From positions 1,216,001 to 1,280,000 of the forward strand of contig OZ241841.1 of NCBI GenBank assembly GCA_965202665.1: 64,000 nt of DNA. Reading direction: 5' to 3'. The notes beneath the pieces are model-generated. The model did not search any database. It was not told where the DNA came from and saw only the letters and a list, made by a program, of their open reading frames with translations. Of the stretch, positions 1 through 9,700 are shown piece by piece. The position numbers and the translations under genes were made by a program. The stretch comes from Candidatus Spongiisociaceae bacterium. Its GTDB lineage: Bacteria; Actinomycetota; Acidimicrobiia; Spongiisociales; Spongiisociaceae. Every line of letters starts with the position of its first letter. The first letter of the stretch is position 1.

Positions 1-3000
1 CCCGTCACCATCAACCCCATCGCCGCTGGGGAACGACCCGGCACGCCTGCTGGGTTCCCACCCCGCAGAGATCGCTGATGACCCCGGTTGCGAGAGTCCC
101 GAAGACCGCCTTGTTGGAAGGACAGGTGACGAGAATTCCCCAACCCCCCCCCCCGTTACCTCCGGCGCGTCACCGCCCTCGTCGGTTGCGCCGGGCCCCT
201 CGCGCACAGATCCGGCAACAGATCCGCCGCCAGCACCCCGAACACCGACATCCCCGACGGACTCGGAATCAGAATCGCCGTCTCGCGAAAACCCTTGCCC
301 CCCCCCCCTAACGGAATTTAGGTCCGGCATTGCGTCGGACGCAAACGCAGTGTCAGATGTCCCCCTACCTGAACTGTTGGAAAAAGATATCGCCTCATCA
401 ACTCTCTCCGCAGGAAACATCTTAGATATAGTTCGAACCGATGAAAGAATCAAGTCATCCTCATACAACCACAACTTTGTGAAAGGCCGATACAACACCT
501 CCCGAATACGCCTCTCGTCAAACACAAGTCTCCTACCTTTCTTCAAAGTAGCCTTCAAAGCACCAGTCCATTTTATGGCACTCAGCGGAGAATCAAGCGT
601 AGACTCTTCAGCAAAGGTTTCACCATAAATTTCCACACGAGCCAACACATCATTGTATTCTTCAATAAGACGTTGAACCTTTATCTCCAATCGTTCTCTG
701 CTAAAAGAATATACGTAAGTATCAAGATTAGTGGCCAAACCCAACGCGTGAGAATGAACAGCGGCATTTCGATGTTTCTTAACACCGCATATTGGTAAAA
801 GCTCCTCAAAGGTGCCATCAGACAGATTCACCCAATCATGCTTTGGGGTTACGGGTACTTCTTCTAAATCAGGATTAGTTATATCTTCCATTTCTTCTAG
901 CCACTGCCATTTTTCCTCTCTGCTATAGTAATCTGGCACCTGAGCATAAAATAGTGAGGCGGGCACTCCTATTCTTTTAGTCGGATTTCTAACTAAAAAG
1001 GATATTTGAACACCGCTACGAGAGCCGCCTTTTCCACTTATTGCATCAAATAACACATCACCTTCCTTAGCTCGCTCTTCTCCTGATTTATAAGCATTAC
1101 CCCGTAAGTTAACAACATAGATAGATGTAAAATCGTCCCTTACTGCAGCCCTGGCTCCAGCCAAAGAAGGGCCGTCTGTCAAAGAATTAGGGTGCACCAA
1201 GCCAATAATAGAAGGGTGGTCTCCATGCAAAATTCTATCAGAGCACCAACGCAAAGCTTTGATATATAAATTTTGTCCAGCCTTGCCAATACCACGGCAG
1301 GTAATCTCCTTATGTTTAGCTCCGTACGTGTCAGAAACTCGATCACTGATAACAGGATATTCTAGCTTGGTAGTGTCGTCACCTGCTTGCTTAGCACCAG
1401 CCGACCAGGGGGGGTTAGCTAAAATTACAGTCATCGGAGTACTATCCTGTTCATATCGACCTTGGATATTTTCTCTGAAAGTATCAAGTTCCTCCTGCTT
1501 CGGGCTACTGAGGAAAGTATCAGTTAGTACTATTTTTGTATAAGGCTGATATATCACTTCTTTCTCAAGTCTTTCGGAGTCTCGGGAATGCTTTGCTTCC
1601 TCGATTTTGATAGCTGCTATATAGTAGGCCAATAGAATAAACTCGTTAGCATGTAGTTCATTTTCATACTTGCGGTCCAAATCTTCATAACTGATTAGAT
1701 AGTTATCATCCTCGTCCTTCATTTCAATTAGACGCGCTAGGTAAGTACCAGTACCAGCGAAAGGGTCTAAAATGTGTAGATTTTCGCTCCCAATGGACCT
1801 CCCGAACTCTTTCTGGCAAATGGCGGCTGCCGAACGGATCATGAAGTCCACTATCTGTACCGGTGTATACACAATCCCCACCCGTTTTACCGTTTCTTTC
1901 ATCGCTGACTGGAAGAATCCATCGTAGATTGCCCGTAGGATATCCACCTTTTCCGCGCTGGTTACCGCTCCGGCAAAAGCGGCCTCCATCTGCCGATAAG
2001 CGCGGGTCAGGGGTCGTAATTCCTCCTCAAATGACACCTTCAACGCCTGGAAGGTTTCAAGAAATCTTTCTATCTCTTGACTGACTGGATTCTGTTTGGC
2101 GAAGCCGCTACCAGCCAACATAACATCAAACACCGGGATGGTCACCACATGCTGGGCGATCATCTCCTGCGCTTGAGCGGAGGCGACATGATCACCAATA
2201 GAATCACGAATGCCCGCCAAAAACCTTTGAAAGGCATCCTTAGCAGGACCACCCTCAGCAATCAGGTTATTTATACGGGTCTGCACCTGACGGCAAATGT
2301 CCGCCGCCCGCTCACCCCAGCGGGGATACATATGCTTGTCGCCGACGATTTCCACCACCTTGGAGGCGATTTCTTGGTTGAGTTGGAACTGCAACTGTTG
2401 TTGCACCCTCTTGCCATTTCCTTCATCAACTCCCGGTCCAACCGGGAAGGAGCACACTCGCAACGGAGCGTTCTTCGCCCAGGCGGAGGCGTTGCTGACG
2501 TAATACTCCATCCGGGAATCATGGGAGCGCAAAGCCCGCACTACCTCCCACACAGTATGAAAGTCGGAAGCTTCCAACTTCTTCTTCGGGTCGGCGTCCT
2601 CCGGAACCACCACCGGAATGATGATGTAACCCTTGCGTTTGCCGGGGGCGGTGCGCATCGCCCGGCCCACCGCCTGAGTGATATCCACCGTGGAAGTACG
2701 ACTGTTCAGAAATATAACCGCGTCCAAGCTAGGAACATCCACTCCTTCGGTGAGCACCCTCGCGTTACTGAGAATCCGGCACACCGGCCTCCCATCCCCC
2801 TCCGCTCTCACATCCCTCAGTTGCTCTAAAAGGTCGGTGCGTTCCGCGGCCGGAGTGGAACCGTCAATATGATTTACATCCAACCTCAGGAATTCTGAAA
2901 AATCCTTCCCCCCCCCCCCATCTCCAACCATGTTGCCCTTTTGCCGGGTCAGGGCATCCACCACTTTCGGCCACACCATGGCCGCCGTCTGTGAAGTGCG

Positions 3001-4506
3001 CACCAAGTTGGTGAAAGCGATAGCCGAACGGGCTGGCTCTCCGCCGTCGGCAAAAATCTGGCCGGGAAACCGACCCGGTAAAACCTCGGTGGTGGCGGGC
3101 GTTGCCAGGGCATCCCAGCATCCGGCCAGCTTCACCGCATCATCCAAAGCTAGATTAGTAGTTTCATGCACCAAAACCTCATGGGACCACCCAGCGTTGG
3201 CTAGGGACTGCATATAGGCCTCTTCCGTAGCGGTTATTACCAGCACCTCGTAGTCGGACAGGTAGCCGTCTTCAACCGCCTCACTGAACTCCATCTCGTA
3301 AAACCGCTCCCCAAAAGTCGCCGTGTCGTCCATGCTGTAGGAATCCCCTTCGAAACCGGGGGCCTCTATCTTCTTCCTCTGCCTAGCCGTAAAAACACGC
3401 GGAGTGGCCGTCATATATAAACGTTTGCCGCCCCGGATGTGGGCGTCTTCGTGCACTATGCGGAACGGGGACACCCCCAAACCTTCTTTGGATTCTTCTA
3501 TGCCGGTGGTGCGGTGGGCTTCATCGCAGATGATCAAATCAAACCCCCACCCCTCCGCGGCCCGGTTTTGCGCTTCGGCAATTCTGGGGGAGGACTGATA
3601 CGTGGAAAACACCACCTGCATCGCATCCCCCGGCACCGGCTTCGCCAACTCTTTAGCCAACCGCGCCGGGTCGGTGGTTACCGGAATAGCCAACTCCGTT
3701 AAATCACCGGCCGTGTCCGCCTGCGCCGAGCCTTTCCGCCCCGCCGTGGTGTCAGAGCACACCCCCAGATAACGCAACGGCATCTCCCGTTGCCGTGACC
3801 ACTCCCGCATCGTCTGCCCAATCAACGCAATCGACGGCACCAAATACAACACCCGGCCACCCAAACCGGCCACCTTCTCCGCCGCCCGTAACGCCACCAA
3901 CGACTTACCCGTCCCACACGGCAAAATCAACTGCCCCCGATCCACATCCCGAAACTTCTCCGCAATATCCCGCACCGCGTCCTGCTGAAAACCATGCAAC
4001 CGATGCTTAGGAGCCGGTGCGATCTCCAGCAGGTCGGGGGTTTCCGCGAACTCCCGCCAGTCATCCACCCACCGGTCCATCTCACTGGTATGCAACACCT
4101 CGCACCGCGGCTCCGCCTTACGCAACTTCGCCAACCCCACCTGGGAAACCCTGGCCGTCGCCACCAACAGGCGAGAAGCGAAATCAGCCGTCCCCGACGC
4201 CCCCAGGAAACTGTCCACCCCGGCGGTGGAAACCTCCGTAGCCCAAAACTTGCACTGGATAGCGCACAACCCGCCCCCGTAAGCCGGAGTTTGCCGGGCC
4301 ACAATATCAACCCCAATGTCCCGCCCGTACCCCCGTTCTTCCCGCTCCGGCCACTCACCCCACAACCACACCTCCTCAAAACGCTCCCGACCATACTCAC
4401 CCGGATGAGCCCGCAACGCCCCCGCCACCAACCGCTCAAACCGCCGCCCCGCCCTCCACGGATCATCCCCCCCAAAACCCCCCAACACCCCATCCAAAAA
4501 CGGCAT
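1..4506 (-). CDS. Type ISP-like R-M enzyme, large subunit, locus 1 (Mrr-type nuclease, SF2 helicase, N6-adenine MTase, TRD); runs off the window edge
   Basis: ATG at 4506 overlaps the upstream TAA (TAATG) and reads MPFLDGVLGG...GRRFERLVAGALRAHPGEYG, nearly identical to locus 2. Frame checked at 4506, 2925 and 420 (all 0 mod 3). NPPW near 1405-1416. It is absent from the ORF track, consistent with no stop before base 1: G11 at 298-308 puts it in the bypass frame (RGGGQGFSRDGDSDSES...). Confidence 0.88.
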   Translation of the reverse strand, partial: MPFLDGVLGGFGGDDPWRAGRRFERLVAGALRAHPGEYGRERFEEVWLWGEWPEREERGYGRDIGVDIVARQTPAYGGGLCAIQCKFWATEVSTAGVDSFLGASGTADFASRLLVATARVSQVGLAKLRKAEPRCEVLHTSEMDRWVDDWREFAETPDLLEIAPAPKHRLHGFQQDAVRDIAEKFRDVDRGQLILPCGTGKSLVALRAAEKVAGLGGRVLYLVPSIALIGQTMREWSRQREMPLRYLGVCSDTTAGRKGSAQADTAGDLTELAIPVTTDPARLAKELAKPVPGDAMQVVFSTYQSSPRIAEAQNRAAEGWGFDLIICDEAHRTTGIEESKEGLGVSPFRIVHEDAHIRGGKRLYMTATPRVFTARQRKKIEAPGFEGDSYSMDDTATFGERFYEMEFSEAVEDGYLSDYEVLVITATEEAYMQSLANAGWSHEVLVHETTNLALDDAVKLAGCWDALATPATTEVLPGRFPGQIFADGGEPARSAIAFTNLVRTSQTAAMVWPKVVDALTRQKGNMVGDGGGGKDFSEFLRLDVNHIDGSTPAAERTDLLEQLRDVRAEGDGRPVCRILSNARVLTEGVDVPSLDAVIFLNSRTSTVDITQAVGRAMRTAPGKRKGYIIIPVVVPEDADPKKKLEASDFHTVWEVVRALRSHDSRMEYYVSNASAWAKNAPLRVCSFPVGPGVDEGNGKRVQQQLQFQLNQEIASKVVEIVGDKHMYPRWGERAADICRQVQTRINNLIAEGGPAKDAFQRFLAGIRDSIGDHVASAQAQEMIAQHVVTIPVFDVMLAGSGFAKQNPVSQEIERFLETFQALKVSFEEELRPLTRAYRQMEAAFAGAVTSAEKVDILRAIYDGFFQSAMKETVKRVGIVYTPVQIVDFMIRSAAAICQKEFGRSIGSENLHILDPFAGTGTYLARLIEMKDEDDNYLISYEDLDRKYENELHANEFILLAYYIAAIKIEEAKHSRDSERLEKEVIYQPYTKIVLTDTFLSSPKQEELDTFRENIQGRYEQDSTPMTVILANPPWSAGAKQAGDDTTKLEYPVISDRVSDTYGAKHKEITCRGIGKAGQNLYIKALRWCSDRILHGDHPSIIGLVHPNSLTDGPSLAGARAAVRDDFTSIYVVNLRGNAYKSGEERAKEGDVLFDAISGKGGSRSGVQISFLVRNPTKRIGVPASLFYAQVPDYYSREEKWQWLEEMEDITNPDLEEVPVTPKHDWVNLSDGTFEELLPICGVKKHRNAAVHSHALGLATNLDTYVYSFSRERLEIKVQRLIEEYNDVLARVEIYGETFAEESTLDSPLSAIKWTGALKATLKKGRRLVFDERRIREVLYRPFTKLWLYEDDLILSSVRTISKMFPAERVDEAISFSNSSGRGTSDTAFASDAMPDLNSVRGGGQGFSRDGDSDSESVGDVGVRGAGGGSVAGSVREGPGATDEGGDAPEVTGGGVGEFSSPVLPTRRSSGLSQPGSSAISAGWEPSRRAGSFPSGDGVDGDG

Positions 4507-5207
4507 TACCGCTGATCTTCCAACGAGGGGGGCAGGCCGGCGATTATCTCCGCCGAACGGACGCTCACATAAACCAACCGCCGCAAATGGCGAATCAACT
4601 CATACGGATCCTTCTCCCACCGCCACCACCCATTCGGATCATCAGTGATGCCAGACGGCTTATCATGCTTATGCCGCAGACTGTCGATCGCCCAATCCAA
4701 CGGCGACCGGCCCGACACCGTATACTCCTGAGCCCGCTCCGGGATGCCGACCAACCGGCACCGCTCGTTGATATGCAACTCGGTGAGGTCTTTCTTCCAT
4801 TCACCGTCCTCGTCCTTGACTTTGTTCCACCGCATCTGTTTCTGAATCCGGTAGGCCTTCTGGTCAGCCCCCTGGTCGGGGAAACCGTCCACCAAAACAT
4901 CCACTCCCTCATACTCAGGACAGTTTTCGTATCCGATGTGCAAATCCATCAGTTCCCGCCCCGCCACCCGGAAGGCCTCAAAATCAGCGGCCAAAGGCAC
5001 ACGGGGCAGATTGCGTTGCAAATCGTTGCGGTAGCGTTTCCGCCAATCGGGGGCGTGCATCACCCCGTACAGATACTCCCAAATGTCGTCCTTGGTAATG
5101 GAAGGGTCCTCATAGCGGGTTTGGAACTCGCTCAGACACCAGTCGGTGATGTTGTCGGTGTCCTCCGTCATACCCTCCAAATCCAAGTCCAAACCCTGAT
5201 CCATCAT
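4506..5207 (-). CDS. Stand-alone Type ISP C-terminal domain protein (small subunit), copy B2
   Basis: DNITDWCL..F...Y....ITKDDIWEYLYGVMHAPDWRKRYRNDLQRNLPRVP...GRELMDLHIGYE...GIPERAQEYTVSGRSPLDW matches the C-terminus of LlaGI/LlaBIII-type enzymes. Likely start ATG 5207 after a purine-rich RBS. Confidence 0.85.
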   Translation of the reverse strand: MMDQGLDLDLEGMTEDTDNITDWCLSEFQTRYEDPSITKDDIWEYLYGVMHAPDWRKRYRNDLQRNLPRVPLAADFEAFRVAGRELMDLHIGYENCPEYEGVDVLVDGFPDQGADQKAYRIQKQMRWNKVKDEDGEWKKDLTELHINERCRLVGIPERAQEYTVSGRSPLDWAIDSLRHKHDKPSGITDDPNGWWRWEKDPYELIRHLRRLVYVSVRSAEIIAGLPPSLEDQR

Positions 5208-5252
5208 TGCGGCGGCCTTCCCTTCTCCCAACCCCACAAAGGGGAGTACTCT

Positions 5253-5281
5253 ATTCTACCCGGCGTTTCCGCGCCCGCCAA
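5253..5281 (-). promoter_or_regulatory. Putative sigma70-type promoter for the B2-locus 1 operon
   Basis: Minus strand TTGGCG-N17-TAGAAT. Conserved as TTGGCG-N18-TAGGAT upstream of B3 (~11645-11674). Confidence 0.5.
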
Positions 5282-5569
5282 ATTTTTCGCCTTCTCTAGC
5301 CCACCCTCCCACCCCCCGCCCGCCCACCCGAAAATATAAAGGGTTTTTTCGGTTTCAACAAGGGGGTCGTTTTCGGGATATGACAAAATCCCTGGTAGAA
5401 GGGCTCTTTAGGGCTAAGAATATTTTTCGCGAGGCGGGTGCTGGGTCGGGACATTTTGCGCCTCGTAAAGGAGAAGGGCCTTTTTGGATTTGGAATATGT
5501 TTCGCGAGGTGGGATTCCGGAAGCAAACACCTCAGCCGGGGCGGAGCCAAACTTCTCCCCCGATCTCTG

Positions 5570-5938
5570 TCGCAGGCAAGAGGGGAGGACGCGGACAACG
5601 GAGTCGCGGGCATATAACCCGATTCTCGTTTCCGGCAATTTCTGTCACAAGCAAGGCAGGACAGGACGGCGGGGGGCGCAGGCATACCATCCAAATTCCC
5701 ATTCCTGATATTTCCTACCACAAACGGAAGGGAACACGAACAGCAGGGTCCGCAGGCATATCGTCCGGTTCTCGTTTCTGGTTTTTCCCCTCACAAGCGA
5801 GGGAGGACACGAACGGCGGGGGGCGCAGGCATACCATCCAAATTCCCATTCCTGATATTTCCTGTCACAAGCGAGGAAGGGCGCGGGCGGCGGGGGCGCG
5901 GGCATATCATCCGATTCTCGTTTCCGATATTTCCTACC
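5570..5938. repeat. Diverged ~73-bp tandem repeat, 5 units (alternating A/B units)
   Basis: GGCATA core recurs at ~5609, 5681, 5755, 5828 and 5901. Units 2 and 4 share ACGGCGGGGGGCGCAGGCATACCATCCAAATTCCCATTCCTGATATTTCCT; units 1, 3 and 5 share GGCATAT..CCG(A/G)TTCTCGTTTC. Confidence 0.8.
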
Positions 5939-6700
5939 AAGAGCGGGGGAGGGCGCGGGTGGCGGGGTCAATTACGTGCAGGTCGGGCAAGGCGTCAGTG
6001 GCTAAAACGGCCGGGCGGGAACGGTTGGAGGGAGCCACGATCAGAATCGCCTCCATCGAGGCGCAACACGGGTGGGGCGGCCCGCCGCATGCAAATCGGA
6101 GAGAATCCGGGTCGCCATCACCGCGAACGGCAACTGCGGATCCTTCATCATCAACAACGCCGGGGGAGCCCCCGCGTCTGGCGGCCGGTGGCGCACAAAT
6201 CGAACAGAACCCCCACCGCGAGCGGCGCGAACGGTAGCTGCTGGGTCTGATTGACCAAGATGAATTCCCTTCCCCCCCCCCCCGCTTCTACCTGCGACGC
6301 GGTATCACCCGCGTCTGCTGACCTGCCGCCATCGTATGCAAATCCGGAAGCCGCCCCGTCGCCAACACCCCCGCCCTCGCCATATTCGACGGACCCGTCA
6401 ACATCAACCCCGTCGTCGGGGAACGACCCGGCACGCCTGCTGGGTTCCCACCCCGCAGAGATCGCTGATGACCCCGGTTGCGAGAGTCCCGAAGACCGCC
6501 TTGTTGGAAGGACAGGTGACGAGAATTCCCCAACCCCCCCCCCCGTTACCTCCGGCGCGTCACCGCCCTCGTCGGTTGCGCCGGGCCCCTGGCGCACAGA
6601 TCCGGCAACAGATCCACTGCCAGCACCCCGAACACCGACATCCCCGACGGACTCGGAATCAGAATCGCCACCTCGTGAAAACCCTTGCCCCCCCCCCCCC
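5934..6700 (-). other. Frameshift-selectable cassette array of locus 2: cassettes C1-C6 plus three poly-G switches
   Basis: Tracts G13 6688-6700, G11 6534-6544, G12 6272-6283. Cassettes C1 6546-6671, C2 6404-6532, C3 6288-6410, C4 6151-6270, C5 6041-6160, C6 5934-6056, each approximating hhh-x(9-10)-LA-x3-h-[PS]DL[HC]-x(4-7)-TR-h-x-PR-stop. Confidence 0.9.
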
Positions 6701-9700
6701 TTGATTGAGGTCTGGCACCACCCCAGCGGCGGACAGATTATCAGACGCACCCCTCATAGAACCACTCGCCACATCAATCCCCTCAACCTCCGCCTCACGG
6801 GGGAACATCGCGGACACCGTTTTCACCGACGAAAGAATCAGGTCATCCTCATACAACCACAACTTCGTATAAGGCCTATACAACACCTGCCTAATACGAC
6901 CCTCATCAAACACAATACGCCTGCCCTTCCGCAAAGACCCCTTCAACGTATCCGTCCATTTAATCGCATCCAACCTAGTATTTGCAGTAACTTCCCCAAT
7001 GTCCTCCCCATGTATCTCTACTAAATCCAATGTCCTGTCATAAATATCGATCAGCCGCTTAACCTTTTGAATAAGCATTTCACGGCTGAACGAATAAACA
7101 TATGTGTCACAAGTAGTTGTTACACCACGAGCATGCTTAGCGACAGCTACTTGCCCATTTTCCTTTTGAATATCACAAACCGCAAGCAGATTATCAAATG
7201 TTCCATCCGACAGATTTACCCAATCGTGGCGGGGATTTACCGGAACTTCCTCTAGCTGTGAGCTCGTCACATCCCAAATTTTTTCCAACCATTCCCACTT
7301 ATCATCCAAACTCATATAATCAGGAACTTGCGCATAATGAAGGTTGGCAGGCTGGCTGATGTCTTTAGATGGATTTCTTACCAGAAAAGTAATTTGAACA
7401 CCGTTGCGTGTTCCTTCGCCAAAAACGGTGTCTCCTTCTCGTTGCCTTTCATCACCCTGTTTAAAGGCGTTGCCTCGCAGATTAATCACATAGATGTCAG
7501 TGAACTCATCCCGTAACGTTCCCCGAACACCGGCCAACGAAGTGCCGTCGGCCAAAGAGTTAGGATGGACAAGCCCGACAATAGCGGGGTGGTCGCCGCG
7601 TTGCGTATTCGGTAAAATCCGATCCGTGCACCAACGCAAGGCCTTCACATACAGATTACCCATAGCGTTGCCTCCGGGCGACTGTCCTACCACTTCTTTA
7701 TGTTTGGCTCCGTAGGTTTTCTCCACCCGTAGGCCAACATCGTGATATTCAAGATTAGGGTTGTCATCGCCCGCCAACTTCTGACCGGATGACCAAGGCG
7801 GATTGGATATTATCACAGTCATCGGAGTAGCATCCTGTTCAAGACGAACTCGTATATTGTCGCCTAAAACATCAAACCCTTCCTGCTCAGGACTAGCCAA
7901 CAACGTATCAGTAAACACTATTTTTTTGAAAGGGTCGTATTTGACTTTACTATCAGACTTTTCTCCATCCCGAAAATGCTTAGATTCTTCTATTTTGAGA
8001 GCGGCGATGTAGTAGGGTAACAGGATAAACTCGTTGACATGCAGTTCTTGTTGATATTTGCGGTCCAGATCTTCAGTGCTTATAAGGTAGTTGCCATCTT
8101 CATCTTTCATCTCTATCAGACGAGAAATGAAAGTCCCGGTGCCAGCGAAAGCATCTAAGATATGTATATTTTCACTACCTATGGATCTCCTGAACTCTTT
8201 TTGACAGATAGCAGCCGCTGAGCGTATCATAAAGTCCACTATCTGCACCGGAGTGTATACTATCCCAACCCGCTTCACCGTTTTTTTCATAGCCGCCTGG
8301 AAAAACCCCTCATAGATTTCTCGCAGAATATCCACCTTTTCGACACTAGATACCGCCCCGGCGAATGCGGCCTCCATTTGTCTGTAGGCGCGGGTTAGAG
8401 GTCTTAGCTCCTCCTCGAACGATACATTCAACTTACGGAATTTTTTGAGTAGCCTTTCTATTTCTTTGCTTACTGGATTCTGCTCGGAGAAACCGCTTTC
8501 AGCCAGCATTACATTGAACACCGGGATGGTGACCACATGCTGAGCGATCATCTCCTGAGCTTGCTCTAAAGTAACGTGATTCCCAACCGACTGACGGATG
8601 CCTTTCAAGAAACGTTGGAAGGCATTCTCGGCAGGGCCGCCTTCGGCTATCAGGTGGTTGATACGGGTTTGCACCTGGCGGCAGATGTCAGCCGCGTGCA
8701 CTCCCCAGCGGGGATACATTTGCTTGTCGCCGATGATTTCCACCACTTTGGATGCAATTTCTTGGCTGAGTTGGAACTGCAACTGATGTTGCACCCGCTC
8801 GTCGTAACCTTCTTCTTCAACATCCCGGCCCAACCGGCAAGTGACCACCCGTAGCGGAGCGTTTTTCTTCCAGGCGGAGGCGTTGCTGACGTAATGTTCC
8901 ATCCGGGAGTCGTGGGAACGCAAAGCCCGCACCACCTCCCACACAGTCTGAAAGTCGGAGGCTTCCAGCATCTTCTGCGGGTCGGCGTCCTCCGGGACTA
9001 CTACAGGAATAATGATGTAGCCTTTGCGTTTGCCGGGGGCGGTGCGCATCGCCCGGCCCACCGCTTGGGTTATATCCACCGTGGAAGTGCGGCTGTTCAG
9101 AAAAAGCACCGCATCCAAGCTGGGAACATCCACCCCTTCGGTTAGCACCCGGGCGTTGCTGAGAATCCGGCACACCGGCCTCCCGGATTCACCCCCGCCC
9201 CCTGCCCTCCCCCTCAGTTGCTCTAGCAGATCAGTCCGTTCCGCGGCCGGAGTGGAACCGTCAATATGATTTACATCCAACCGCAAAAATCTATTTTCGC
9301 CACCCCCCCCCCCGTTCCCTACCAAGTCTCCCCTTTGCCGAGTCAGGGCGCCTACCACTTTCGGCCACACCATGGCAGCCGTCTGCGAGGTGCGCACCCG
9401 GTTGGTGAAAGCGATGGCCGAACGGGCAGGCTCGCCGCCCTCGGGGAAAATCTGGCCGGGAAACCGACCCGGCAAAACCCCGGTGGTGGCGGGAGTGGCC
9501 AGGGCATCCCAGCATCCAGCCAGTTTCACCGTATCGTCCAAAGCCAAATTGGTGTCCTCGCGCACTATCATCTCGTGAGCGAAATCGGCGTTGGCCAAAG
9601 ACTGCAAATAAGCCTCGGCGGAGGCGGTGATAACCAGCACCTCGTAGTCGGACAGATAACCGCCTTCCACCGCCTCGCTGAACTCCATTTCATAAAACCG

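Noticed and set aside
2908-2919. Suspected frameshift making locus 1 a pseudogene, since it is missing from the ORF track
   Set aside because: G12 keeps the frame (GDGGGGKDFSEFLRLDVNHID). The ORF is missing most likely because it has no stop inside the window.
5570-5938. CRISPR array
   Set aside because: Units are similar along their whole length with no unique spacers, and no cas genes are in the window.
5237-6659. Intron, IS or invertible shufflon interrupting the ISP gene
   Set aside because: I saw no recombinase, transposase or reverse transcriptase, no inverted cassettes and no conserved recombination sites. All cassettes are co-oriented and reachable by tract slippage alone.
6151-6750. 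ORF-track ORFs 6151..6750, 6288..6533, 12096..12533 and 11890..12162 as independent genes
   Set aside because: They lack convincing starts and are better explained as bypass-frame-plus-cassette segments of the large subunit.
5380-7024. Plus-strand ORFs 5380..6237 and 6251..7024
   Set aside because: Low-complexity antisense shadows of the repeat and cassette region with no recognisable motifs.
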